57,085 nucleotides of DNA, taken from an uncultured Lentimicrobiaceae bacterium. Its GTDB lineage: Bacteria > Bacteroidota > Bacteroidia > Bacteroidales > F082. The stretch spans positions 1 to 57,085 of the forward strand of contig CAYYRE010000002.1 in NCBI GenBank assembly GCA_964473895.1, written 5' to 3'. This document shows positions 29,901 to 38,648 of this stretch, piece after piece; positions within the stretch are counted from its first letter, which is position 1, and the number at the start of each line of letters is the position of its first letter. The notes under the pieces are model-generated. The model saw nothing but the letters and a program-made list of their open reading frames with translations, was not told the DNA's origin and searched no databases. Both the position numbers and the translations under genes were made by a program.

Positions 29901-30623
29901 TTATTCATCCACCCGCAAAGCGCGCAGGTAAAGTTGGATGGTATTTTGCAAACCGAAATAAAGCGCATCGGCAATCAAAGCATGGCCGATACTGACTTCT
30001 TGAACCCACGGGATATTTTGTGCAAAAAAATGAAGGTTGTCTAAATTCAGGTCGTGTCCGGCATTGAGTTCCAATCCGGCATCGCGGGCGGCTTGAGCCG
30101 CTTCCACAAAGGGTTTGATGGTTTGTTCCGGATGGGTTTTAAATCCGGAAGCATAGCCTTCGGTGTAGAGTTCCACCCGGTCGGTACCTGTGTCTACGGC
30201 ATGTTCGATCATTTTAATATCGGGGTCCACAAAAATGGAAGTCCGGATGCCGGCTTCTTTAAACCGGCCGATGACTTCGGTAAGAAAGGTTTTGTGTTTT
30301 ACGGTGTCCCAGCCGTGGTCTGAAGTCAGTTGGTCCGGGTCGTCGGGTACCAGCGTAACCTGGTCGGGTTTATGGTGCAAAACCAGATCGATAAATTTCG
30401 GAATGGGATTGCCTTCGATGTTGAATTCGGTGGTAACCAACGGCCGCAGCAATGCCACATCATTGTAACGGATATGTCTTTCATCGGGTCGCGGGTGGAC
30501 CGTAATGCCCTGGGCACCGAAACGCTGGCAATCAACGGCCACTTGTTGTACGTCGGGGATGTTGCCGCCGCGGGCATTCCGCAAAGTGGCTATTTTATTG
30601 ATGTTTACACTTAATCGGATCAT
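29901..30623 (-). CDS. pdxJ: Pyridoxine 5'-phosphate synthase
   Basis: [42 protein letters not shown]; -7 box at 30640-30647. Confidence 0.97.
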   Translation of the reverse strand: MIRLSVNINKIATLRNARGGNIPDVQQVAVDCQRFGAQGITVHPRPDERHIRYNDVALLRPLVTTEFNIEGNPIPKFIDLVLHHKPDQVTLVPDDPDQLTSDHGWDTVKHKTFLTEVIGRFKEAGIRTSIFVDPDIKMIEHAVDTGTDRVELYTEGYASGFKTHPEQTIKPFVEAAQAARDAGLELNAGHDLNLDNLHFFAQNIPWVQEVSIGHALIADALYFGLQNTIQLYLRALRVDE

Positions 30624-30708
30624 CGGAATGAATTTTTCACAAAAGTAGTAATTTCGAACCGTAAAAATAAGGTCGAAATTTTTTTAAAAACAGAATAAAT
30701 CAACCGGT

Positions 30709-31161
30709 ATGCGGGCATTCATTCAGCGTGTTTCCACCGCTTCGGTGCGTGTGGAAGGAAAAATAAAGTCGGAAATCGGACAGGGGTTGTTGGTTTTTCT
30801 CGGTATCGAAGAACGGGATAGCGAAGCCGACATCGAATGGCTGGCCGGCAAGATCAGCCGGTTGCGTATTTTTAATGATGCGCAGGGGGTTATGAACCTT
30901 TCGGTTATGGATACGGGGGGTGATGTCCTGCTGATCAGTCAATTTACCTTGCATGCCAGTACCAAAAAAGGGAATCGTCCTTCCTATGTCCGGGCAGCCC
31001 GGCCCGAACAGGCTGTCCCGCTTTATGAGAAATTCATAGGGGTGTTGCAGCGTTTGCTGAATAAAAAAGTGGGCACCGGTGTTTTTGGCGCCCACATGGA
31101 AGTATCATTGGTCAACGATGGCCCGGTGACCATTCTTATCGATACAAAAAACCGGGAATAA
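30709..31161 (+). CDS. dtd: D-aminoacyl-tRNA deacylase
   Basis: QRVS.ASV, SQFTL, KGNRPS, NDGPVT. Confidence 0.97.
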   Translation: MRAFIQRVSTASVRVEGKIKSEIGQGLLVFLGIEERDSEADIEWLAGKISRLRIFNDAQGVMNLSVMDTGGDVLLISQFTLHASTKKGNRPSYVRAARPEQAVPLYEKFIGVLQRLLNKKVGTGVFGAHMEVSLVNDGPVTILIDTKNRE

Positions 31162-31200
31162 AGCGTTTCCTTTTTTATAAGGTTTCCGTTGATTTTGTGT

Positions 31201-32622
31201 CTATATAAATCCCTCTTCCTTGAGCCATTCGCGTGGTTCGGACATGGTTTTTTCAACTTCAGCAATGGTTTTCGGAATCGGCTTGCCCAAAACGCGGCTG
31301 CCGTTATCCGTCACCAAGATATCATCTTCGATGCGGATGCCGCCGAAATCTTTATAAGATTCCAGTTTGTCATACTGGACAAAATCGGTGAATTTGCCTT
31401 CACTGCGGAACTTATCTATCAGGTCGGGAATAAAATAGATGCCCGGTTCCACCGTCAGGACAAATCCCGGTTTCAGCGCTTTGGCCAATCGCAGGTAGGC
31501 CGTACCGAATTCGTTGGACCGTTTGACCGTTTCATCATAACCCACATAATCTTCACCCAGACCTTCCATATCGTGTACATCGAGCCCCATCATGTGGCCC
31601 AGCCCATGGGGCATAAACAGGGTATGGGCCCCGGCCTGTACGGCTGCTTCCGTATCCCCTTTCATAAGTCCCACACTTTTTAACCCTTCCGTGATGGTGC
31701 GGGCTGCCAGGAAATGAATGTCCCTGTAGGGAATGCCGGGTTTTATGGCCTCAATGGCACGCATGTTGGCATCCAGTACAATTTGATAAATTTCGGCCTG
31801 GCGGGTGTTAAATTTCCCGCCGACAGGGACAGTCCGGGTGATGTCGCTGGCGTAATGCAAAGCGGTTTCGGAACCGGCATCGGTCACCATCATTCGCCCT
31901 TCTTTCAGGATGTTGTGATGACTGTGGTTGTGCAGGGTTTGCCCGTCAACACTTAAAATGATGGGGAATGAAACGGGGCCGGTGAGTGCCAGCGAAATCC
32001 CTTCAATGGTGCCGGCAATTTCCTGCTCTTTTATGCCCGGCATGGCCATCTTCATGGAAGTGGTGTGCATGTAGTAGGCAGTTAACAGCGCTTTTTCTAT
32101 CTCGGCAATTTCATGGTCGTCTTTGATTTCACGCAGTTTTACCACGGCTTTGATCAGCTGTTCCGAAACAGCACCTTTTACCTGGCTGTTGGGGAGGGAG
32201 AGCAAGGCGGAAAGTTCCACCACGGTTTCTCCACGGTATGGCGGCAAAAAATGTACTTTTCGCCCTTCGTTCAGGGCTTTTGTGATAAAAGCAGCCAATT
32301 CATTGTAAGGAAAACTGTTTTCAATACCCACTTGGGCAGCAAGGTCTTTGACCAGAGGTTGTTTCCCCATCCAAATGATATCATCGATGTCCACATCGTT
32401 TCCGAAAAGGTAATCTTTGTCATGGTCCACATCGACAACACCTGCAAATCCCGGGTTGTCTAATCCGAAAAAATAGGAAAAGTTACTGTCCTGACGGAAG
32501 TGGTACTGGTTGGCCGGATAGTTGAAAGCAGCGTCTACATTTCCCAAAAACAGGGCGATTCCTGAAGTTAATTCTTTTTTCAGGCGGTTGCGCCGGTCAG
32601 TATAAATGGATTGATCAAACAT
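31201..32622 (-). CDS. pepP: Xaa-Pro aminopeptidase (M24B)
   Basis: FRQDSNF, DAG..YASDITRT, HGLGHMMGLDVHD, TVEPGIY, GGIRIEDD. Confidence 0.93.
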   Translation of the reverse strand: MFDQSIYTDRRNRLKKELTSGIALFLGNVDAAFNYPANQYHFRQDSNFSYFFGLDNPGFAGVVDVDHDKDYLFGNDVDIDDIIWMGKQPLVKDLAAQVGIENSFPYNELAAFITKALNEGRKVHFLPPYRGETVVELSALLSLPNSQVKGAVSEQLIKAVVKLREIKDDHEIAEIEKALLTAYYMHTTSMKMAMPGIKEQEIAGTIEGISLALTGPVSFPIILSVDGQTLHNHSHHNILKEGRMMVTDAGSETALHYASDITRTVPVGGKFNTRQAEIYQIVLDANMRAIEAIKPGIPYRDIHFLAARTITEGLKSVGLMKGDTEAAVQAGAHTLFMPHGLGHMMGLDVHDMEGLGEDYVGYDETVKRSNEFGTAYLRLAKALKPGFVLTVEPGIYFIPDLIDKFRSEGKFTDFVQYDKLESYKDFGGIRIEDDILVTDNGSRVLGKPIPKTIAEVEKTMSEPREWLKEEGFI

Positions 32623-32696
32623 GATTTTTTGATTTAAGTTAAATTTTTGCTGTAAAATTACGGATTTTTTGGCATGAGAGGAGCCAATCTATTCAT

Positions 32697-32901
32697 GGCT
32701 AAATTTTATTTAAGGAGAAAAAATGTCTAAGCTGATCGTCTCAAGTCAGGAGATCGCCTGGCTATGTGCAGTCAGACAGGCCATCTCATATTGGATAGAA
32801 GGAAGTCGTTTTTTCTCTCAGTCTTATTTCGATTTTTACAGATATAAATACCCTCCCAGTACCTTTCCAAAGGAGTCCTACGGACAAAATAGAATTTAGC
32901 C
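32697..32901. mobile_element. 205-bp non-autonomous MITE with 15-bp terminal inverted repeats and 8-bp target duplication
   Basis: IRL GGCTAAATTTTATTT (32697-32711), IRR AAATAGAATTTAGCC (32887-32901), 14/15 match; CTATTCAT at 32689-32696 and 32902-32909. Confidence 0.8.
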
Positions 32902-32970
32902 CTATTCATGGGTAAAAGTTGAGTCGCCTGCCACAGGCAGACCTGTGATATGAAAGATTTGGGTGGATAT

Positions 32971-33603
32971 TCAAAATCCGGGATAGTAACCTCCCGGAAA
33001 CGGGGCAAAAACAGGTGCGCGGTTATAACCGCCAACTCCTCCATAACCAAAACCTGGATAATACGGATAAGCTCTTTTTTCCATGGAAAAAGAGGCATTG
33101 ATACGAAAATGTTCATTCACCTTGTAATCTATTTGCAACAAGGCTCCGCTGTTGCTCAGGTCAATCGCCCTGGGGTTTACTTTGTCCTGAGCAATGCGCG
33201 GGGTAAGAGAAAACGTTTTGTAACCGGCTGCGGTAACCGTCAGTTTGTCATTGACTTTATAATGACCTTCTACGAAAAGCGTACCATAGTTTTGCAGGTT
33301 GCTTTTCCTGTCTGCAATTTCAGGAGTCCCCGATAACAAAAAATTGGAGTAGGAAAGTCCGGCCGTTACGCTCCATTTTTTATTGATGGGCATGTGTATC
33401 GAAGGAGTAACCCAGCTGTTGAAACCGGTTATTCCGGGATAAAAAGTGGAAAAGGAGGTCCCTAAGGAAAGCTGTACCTGTGGTTGCCAGGCAGTGGGGC
33501 TGTTTTTTGCGGCTGTTTTTTGGTCTTGCCCGAAGGCCTGGGCCTGGAGCCCTTGAAAAAATATAAAAAAAACACCAAGTATCAAAAAAACTTTCGTTTT
33601 CAT
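32971..33603 (-). CDS. Hypothetical secreted / outer-membrane beta-rich protein
   Basis: Start at ATG 33603 (MKTKVFLILG, signal peptide) just after -7 box TACCTTTG (33609-33616); alternating beta-strand pattern; Y/P/G-rich tail. Confidence 0.7.
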   Translation of the reverse strand: MKTKVFLILGVFFIFFQGLQAQAFGQDQKTAAKNSPTAWQPQVQLSLGTSFSTFYPGITGFNSWVTPSIHMPINKKWSVTAGLSYSNFLLSGTPEIADRKSNLQNYGTLFVEGHYKVNDKLTVTAAGYKTFSLTPRIAQDKVNPRAIDLSNSGALLQIDYKVNEHFRINASFSMEKRAYPYYPGFGYGGVGGYNRAPVFAPFPGGYYPGF

Positions 33604-33741
33604 GGTTACAAAGGTAATACAAAAAGTGGAGAGCGCGCTGAAAAGAGGAAAGCTGTTTTTGGTCGCCATATCCATGTAAATAAGGAAGCCCATGCTAAGA
33701 AATTTTCGGGTAAACATTCCTTGAGTTGAAAGTTTTCAGGT

Positions 33742-34404
33742 TTATCCACCGGGAGCGATTTCCTCTGTTTCTATCAACCGGAAATAAACATCGTCTTTTT
33801 TACTTTCCATGCCAACCAATCCGAGTAAAACAAAGTCAGCCAACAATTTTTCGGTACGAAAAGGCGAGAGTCCGCAATTTTTTTTCAGTGTACGCAGTCC
33901 GGCGAAATCATTTTCGGAAAGGCAGTTTAATAATTTCTTTTCTACGGAGTTGTTAGAAAACCGGATGACTCTTTTGCTGTTTTTCCCCTGCCAAATTTTC
34001 ATTTGTACTCCACTGGCCAGGATGTTTTCATCGGCAATACGGACATAGGCTTTTGGTTTTCCGGCCCGGTCGAAGGCTTTGTAAGGAATTTGTTTGCCTT
34101 TGGGAATAATGACTTCCAATACTTTTTTTCCTCCGATGTTCCATTCTTTGGTTTGAAACCCTATTTCGGGTTTACAATAACGTTGGGCGGCATTTTGGAT
34201 CATATAAAATTCCTCTTCCGAACGTATCCCGGCAATTTTCCCATTGTCTTTTACCCCAATAAGCAGTGTGCCGCCATCGGTATTGGCAAAAGCCACCAGC
34301 GAACGGGCTATCTTAGGGGCATCCGAAACTTCAAATTTAAAGTCAAGATGCAGGCCTTCGCCTTGTTCAATCAGTCGTTCAATGGGATGTTTTTTAACAA
34401 ACAT
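33742..34404 (-). CDS. AlbA_2 (Schlafen-like) domain protein with C-terminal wHTH-like region
   Basis: GEGLHLDFK, VAFANTDGGTLLIGVKDNG. Confidence 0.85.
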   Translation of the reverse strand: MFVKKHPIERLIEQGEGLHLDFKFEVSDAPKIARSLVAFANTDGGTLLIGVKDNGKIAGIRSEEEFYMIQNAAQRYCKPEIGFQTKEWNIGGKKVLEVIIPKGKQIPYKAFDRAGKPKAYVRIADENILASGVQMKIWQGKNSKRVIRFSNNSVEKKLLNCLSENDFAGLRTLKKNCGLSPFRTEKLLADFVLLGLVGMESKKDDVYFRLIETEEIAPGG

Positions 34405-34495
34405 GGTTCAAATTTTTTGCCCGTCATCAAATGGAGGAGACGGCAAAAATAACGGATAAATCCGCATGAAGCGTATGTGTTGACCCCATCGGCTT

Positions 34496-34963
34496 TTATA
34501 AAAACCGGATGTCCGACATGTTCATGGTTTTTTCGCAATAGCGGCACGACAGTTTCCGTTTCCCGTGATGGTCGTGGATGATACGAAAATGTGTGGGTAC
34601 CTTTTGGTTATTGGTAACACATTTGGGGTTCACACATTTTACAATGTTGATGATTTCCTCGGGAAGTTCGATTTTTTCTTTTTTGGTGATTTCGTAATCG
34701 CGGATTTCAATCAGGGTGGCATGGGGTGCCACAAGGGCTATCTTGCTGATTTCTTCCGGTTTAAAAAACTTGTTGCTGATTTTAATAATGCCTTTGCTGC
34801 CCAACTTTTTGCTTTCGAGGTTGGTGCCGAAATAAACGTGATCGGTACTTTTTTCCAAATTGAGCATGGAAAAAACGCGGAAAGTGTTTTCGGCCGGAAT
34901 GTGGTCGATAACGGTTCCGGTGCGGATGGCCTGTACTTTCAGTTCGGTTCTTTTATTTTTCAT
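34496..34963 (-). CDS. pyrI: Aspartate carbamoyltransferase regulatory chain
   Basis: GTVIDHIP, Zn ligands CVNPKCVT and CRYCEK. Confidence 0.96.
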   Translation of the reverse strand: MKNKRTELKVQAIRTGTVIDHIPAENTFRVFSMLNLEKSTDHVYFGTNLESKKLGSKGIIKISNKFFKPEEISKIALVAPHATLIEIRDYEITKKEKIELPEEIINIVKCVNPKCVTNNQKVPTHFRIIHDHHGKRKLSCRYCEKTMNMSDIRFL

Positions 34964-34999
34964 GATTTTCTGTTTTCGGAAGTGAAGGAACTATAAAAT

Positions 35000-35920
35000 T
35001 TATTCTTTCAGGCCGAGAATGGCTGCAATCAATGCCTGCCTGACATAAACCCCGTTTTTGGCCTGCTGAAAATAATAGGCTTTCGGGTGGTCGTCCACAT
35101 CTTCGCTGATTTCGTTGACACGCGGCAGCGGATGTAAGATACGCAGGTTGTCTTTTGAATTTTCCAGCATGCTGCTTTCGAGATTGTAGGCGTTTTTTAC
35201 TTTTTCGTATTCCATGGGGTCCGGAAAACGTTCGGCCTGTATGCGGGTCATGTAAATGATATCGGCCAGGGGGATGACATCGGCCAGGTCGGTGTATTGA
35301 TAATATTCCAGTCCGGCATCTTTGATCCATTTTTTTACGCCGCTCGGAAGTTTCAGCGACTCGGGCGAAACCAAATGAAAAGTGGCATTAAAAAGGCTGA
35401 GGGCCTGTACCAGTGAGTGTACCGTGCGGCCGTATTTCAAGTCGCCCACCATTGCAATGTGGATATTTTCCAGTGTTCCCTGTGTTTTACGGATGGAATA
35501 TAAATCGAGCAGGCATTGTGTAGGGTGTTGGTTGGCTCCGTCGCCGGCATTGATGATGGGCACGGGCGACACTTCGCTGGCATAGCGCGCGCTGCCATCC
35601 AGCGGATTCCGCATTACAATCAGATCGGAGTAATTGCTCACGGTAAGGATGGTGTCTTTGAGCGATTCCCCTTTTTTAACACTGGAAGTGCCGGCACTGG
35701 CAAAACCAATGATGCTGCCGCCGAGGTATTGTACGGCGCTTTCGAAACTGAGCCGCGTACGGGTGGAAGGTTCGAAAAACAAAGAGGCAATCACATGATT
35801 GGTGAGAATCTTCTGCCGGTGGTCTTTTTCAAAATCTTCGGCAATGTCGAGAATCCTTAACATCTCTTCTTTGTTGTAATCGGTAATGGAAACCAGACTG
35901 CGGTTTTTTAACTGAATCAT
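35000..35920 (-). CDS. pyrB: Aspartate carbamoyltransferase catalytic chain
   Basis: FFEPSTRTRLSFE, NAGDGANQHPTQ, GDLKYGRTVHSL, HPLPR. Start placed at ATG 35920; the longer listed ORF runs through the leader and promoter. Confidence 0.97.
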   Translation of the reverse strand: MIQLKNRSLVSITDYNKEEMLRILDIAEDFEKDHRQKILTNHVIASLFFEPSTRTRLSFESAVQYLGGSIIGFASAGTSSVKKGESLKDTILTVSNYSDLIVMRNPLDGSARYASEVSPVPIINAGDGANQHPTQCLLDLYSIRKTQGTLENIHIAMVGDLKYGRTVHSLVQALSLFNATFHLVSPESLKLPSGVKKWIKDAGLEYYQYTDLADVIPLADIIYMTRIQAERFPDPMEYEKVKNAYNLESSMLENSKDNLRILHPLPRVNEISEDVDDHPKAYYFQQAKNGVYVRQALIAAILGLKE

Positions 35921-36045
35921 GGATATAATGTTTTTTTGGAAAATTCCGGACATAAAAAAAGACGGTGAAAACCGTCTGAAAAACAAAACATTTCTTCCGA
36001 AAAGGAAGTCCGGTTTTGTGTCTGAATATTGTGCCTCGCTAACAT
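35917..36045 (-). CDS. Putative PyrL-like 42-aa leader peptide MLARHNIQTQNRTSFSEEMFCFSDGFHRLFLCPEFSKKTLYP
   Basis: Begins 23 nt after -7 box TATATTTG (36069-36076), crosses the leader terminator, and its TGA overlaps the pyrB ATG (ATGA). Confidence 0.55.
   Translation of the reverse strand: MLARHNIQTQNRTSFSEEMFCFSDGFHRLFLCPEFSKKTLYP
35954..35977 (-). terminator. Attenuator terminator in the pyrBI leader
   Basis: AGACGGT-tttc-ACCGTCT followed by a U-run, between promoter and pyrB start. Confidence 0.8.
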
Positions 36046-36195
36046 GAAAAATGTGTGTTACCGGGATGCAAATATAGGGGAAAAGTGTCATGAAAATCTT
36101 CTTTCCGCGAAATATTTCCATAAAACTTTTTCATCCGTCTGTGAGTAAATTCGAATGAAAAAATTTCGTGTATTTTTGCTGAAAACATAGAAGCT

Positions 36196-37161
36196 ATGAT
36201 TGTTTTAACGGGAACCGCCGGATTTATAGCCAGCGTAGTATTGCAAAGGCTCAACCTTGAGGGGGTCGAAAATGTAATATTGGTGGATGACTTCACCAAA
36301 AAAGAAAAAGAAAACAACTGGAAGAATAAAAAGTTTGTACAAAAGATTCAGCGCAACGAATTTTTTTCATGGTTTGACGATCATTTCCGGGAAGTGGATT
36401 TTGTGATTCATCTGGGTGCCCGGACCGATACCACGGAGTTTGACACGGCTGTTTTTGACCGTCTGAATCTCCATTACAGCAAACAGATGTGGGAACGCTG
36501 TGTCCGGCACAGGATTCCTTTGATTTATGCTTCGTCTGCCGCCACCTACGGCGGGGGAGAATGGGGATACGATGACCGGCACGACATTGTGGAAAAACTA
36601 CAGCCGCTGAATCCTTACGGGATATCAAAAAACGAATTTGATAAATGGGTTTTACAACAGGAAAAAATGCCCCCGTTTTGGGCCGGCCTGAAATTCTTTA
36701 ATGTTTACGGTCCCAACGAATACCACAAAGGCCGGATGGCTTCGGTTATTTTTCATGCTTTTCGGCAAATAAGCGATACCGGAAAAGTGCGACTGTTCCG
36801 TTCGCACCGTCCTGATTTTAAGGATGGTGAACAATTGCGTGATTTTGTTTATGTAAAAGATGTGGCCGATGTGATTTGGTTTTTAATGCAAAGGAAACCT
36901 GCCCCGGGCCTGTATAACCTGGGAACAGGAAAAGCACGTACTTTCCTTGATCTGGCAAAAGCCACCTTTTCGGCCATGGACAAAGAACCTGTGATCGAAT
37001 TTATAGATACCCCCGAAGATATCCGTGAGAAATACCAGTATTTTACGGAAGCTAAAATGGATAAATTGCGTTCGGCCGGATATACCCAGCCCTTTACTTC
37101 GCTCGAAAACGGTGTGAAAGATTATGTGACGCAATATCTTTCCGCAGAGAAATACTTCTAA
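36196..37161 (+). CDS. hldD: ADP-L-glycero-D-manno-heptose 6-epimerase
   Basis: TGTAGFIA, YASSAATYG, PLNPYGISK, FFNVYGPNEYHKGRMASV, RDFVYVKD, YQYFTEA. Confidence 0.93.
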   Translation: MIVLTGTAGFIASVVLQRLNLEGVENVILVDDFTKKEKENNWKNKKFVQKIQRNEFFSWFDDHFREVDFVIHLGARTDTTEFDTAVFDRLNLHYSKQMWERCVRHRIPLIYASSAATYGGGEWGYDDRHDIVEKLQPLNPYGISKNEFDKWVLQQEKMPPFWAGLKFFNVYGPNEYHKGRMASVIFHAFRQISDTGKVRLFRSHRPDFKDGEQLRDFVYVKDVADVIWFLMQRKPAPGLYNLGTGKARTFLDLAKATFSAMDKEPVIEFIDTPEDIREKYQYFTEAKMDKLRSAGYTQPFTSLENGVKDYVTQYLSAEKYF

Positions 37162-37233
37162 GCTGGGGCAGGTTTTTGCTGCAGGCATCCCTTTGGATGC
37201 GAACCCAGAAAAGAAACGGTGCTGCTGCCTTCT

Positions 37234-37569
37234 TTATTCCGTAACGCTTTGCAGCACTTCTTTCACCCCTTCCAACAGGTTCCGGGTACGTTTCAGGGTA
37301 TTGATTACCTGTAATTTATCCAAAGAGTTTTTGTCGTAGTGTTTTTTAAAATAATCGCGTACCCCCTGAATGGTCATTCCTTTTTCTTTGATGAGATGGT
37401 ACACGATTTCAAAACGGTCCACATCTCTTTGTGAAAAGATGCGTTGGCCTTTGGGGCTTTTTTTAGGTTTGATAAATGCAAATTCTTTTTCCCAATAGCG
37501 GATAAGGGAGGGCTGAACGTTGAATCTTTCAGCCACTTCGCCAATGCGGAAGTAAACTTTTTTTGCCAT
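37234..37569 (-). CDS. MerR family HTH regulator
   Basis: IGEVAERFNVQPSLIRYWEKEF, KEKGMTIQG. Confidence 0.9.
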   Translation of the reverse strand: MAKKVYFRIGEVAERFNVQPSLIRYWEKEFAFIKPKKSPKGQRIFSQRDVDRFEIVYHLIKEKGMTIQGVRDYFKKHYDKNSLDKLQVINTLKRTRNLLEGVKEVLQSVTE

Positions 37570-37578
37570 AGCAGTAGG

Positions 37579-38550
37579 TTAATCCATCGACTGGGTCGGG
37601 ATTTTGGAAAGTTCCACCATTTTCGAATATTCGATGGGCGTCAGGTCGTTAAAGAAAAAGTTAATGGGGTTGATGGGATGGTGATTTTTAATGACTTCGT
37701 AATGCAAATGAGGTGCCGTTGATTTGCCCGTATTGCCTACCAGTCCGATAATTTGTCCCCTGCGGACGTGCTGTCCTTTTTTTACTTTAAAAGCACTCAG
37801 GTGAGCATAGCGTGTCATGTAACCGAATCCGTGGTCTACAATGATTTCGTTGCCATAGCCGCGGTTCGACCGTATTTCGCGAACCACCACCCCGTCACCC
37901 GTTACATGAACCGGTGTGCCAATGGGAGCCGAAAAGTCAATCCCTTCATGAAACTTTTTCACTTTGTAAAACGGGTCGATACGGTATCCGAAATAGGAAG
38001 AAATGCGTCGCATGTCGATGTTGCGGATGGGTTGAACGGCAGGAATGCTGGCCAGCATCTTTTCCTTGTTCCGTGCCATGGAAAACACTTCATCAAAGCT
38101 TTTGGATTGTACATATATTTCACTGGTGAGGCGGTCCAGTTTTTTAGCCGTTTCAATCAACAATTTACTTTCGTTGTACCCTTCGAGGTTGGCATAACGG
38201 TCTACCCCGCCAATGCCGGCTTCGCGAACCGATTTTGGAATCGGCTCTGCCTCAAAGATCACCCGGTAAATGTTGTCGTCGCGATATTCCAATTCGTCCA
38301 TCAGCTTTTGCAGCTTGTCCAGCTTGTCGTTCATGATGCGGTATTGCAATTTGTATTCTGCAATCTCCCGTTTAAGCATAAGTTCTTTGGGCGAATCAAA
38401 ATAATTGAACAAAATGAATACAAAAACTGCCGTCAGGGCAATGGCAGAAAAAAGGATAAGAAAAAAACGAAATAACTTCTGCCCGTAAGTGAGTTTAATC
38501 TCCTCGTACGAGAGGGTTTTCTCGTTAAAAAAATATTTGGTTTTGGCCAT
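37579..38550 (-). CDS. M23 family metallopeptidase
   Basis: HEGID (HxxxD), YAHL, PHLHYEV; N-terminal TM and coiled coil. Start placed at ATG 38550. Confidence 0.92.
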   Translation of the reverse strand: MAKTKYFFNEKTLSYEEIKLTYGQKLFRFFLILFSAIALTAVFVFILFNYFDSPKELMLKREIAEYKLQYRIMNDKLDKLQKLMDELEYRDDNIYRVIFEAEPIPKSVREAGIGGVDRYANLEGYNESKLLIETAKKLDRLTSEIYVQSKSFDEVFSMARNKEKMLASIPAVQPIRNIDMRRISSYFGYRIDPFYKVKKFHEGIDFSAPIGTPVHVTGDGVVVREIRSNRGYGNEIIVDHGFGYMTRYAHLSAFKVKKGQHVRRGQIIGLVGNTGKSTAPHLHYEVIKNHHPINPINFFFNDLTPIEYSKMVELSKIPTQSMD

Positions 38551-38648
38551 AATTCCAATCCTTTTCAAAGGCAAAATTAATAAATTAGACGTAAATTTGC
38601 CACCTTGTAAAAAAATATTATGAACCGCTAAAAGTTAATTACTTGTCT

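Noticed and set aside
30650-30680. Inverted repeat AATTTCGA/TCGAAATT between pdxJ and dtd
   Set aside because: AT-rich, overlaps divergent promoter boxes, single copy; cannot be distinguished from chance
33742-34404. AlbA_2/Schlafen protein as an anti-phage system
   Set aside because: Short stand-alone form among housekeeping genes, with no partner or defence-island context; this type is widespread in Bacteroidota
35921-36121. 67-aa N-terminal extension of PyrB in the ORF track
   Set aside because: It spans the promoter and attenuator; homology begins at MIQLKNRSL
36196-37161. Isolated hldD as a sign of a novel heptose pathway
   Set aside because: Unclustered hldD is common in Bacteroidota and no other pathway genes are visible here
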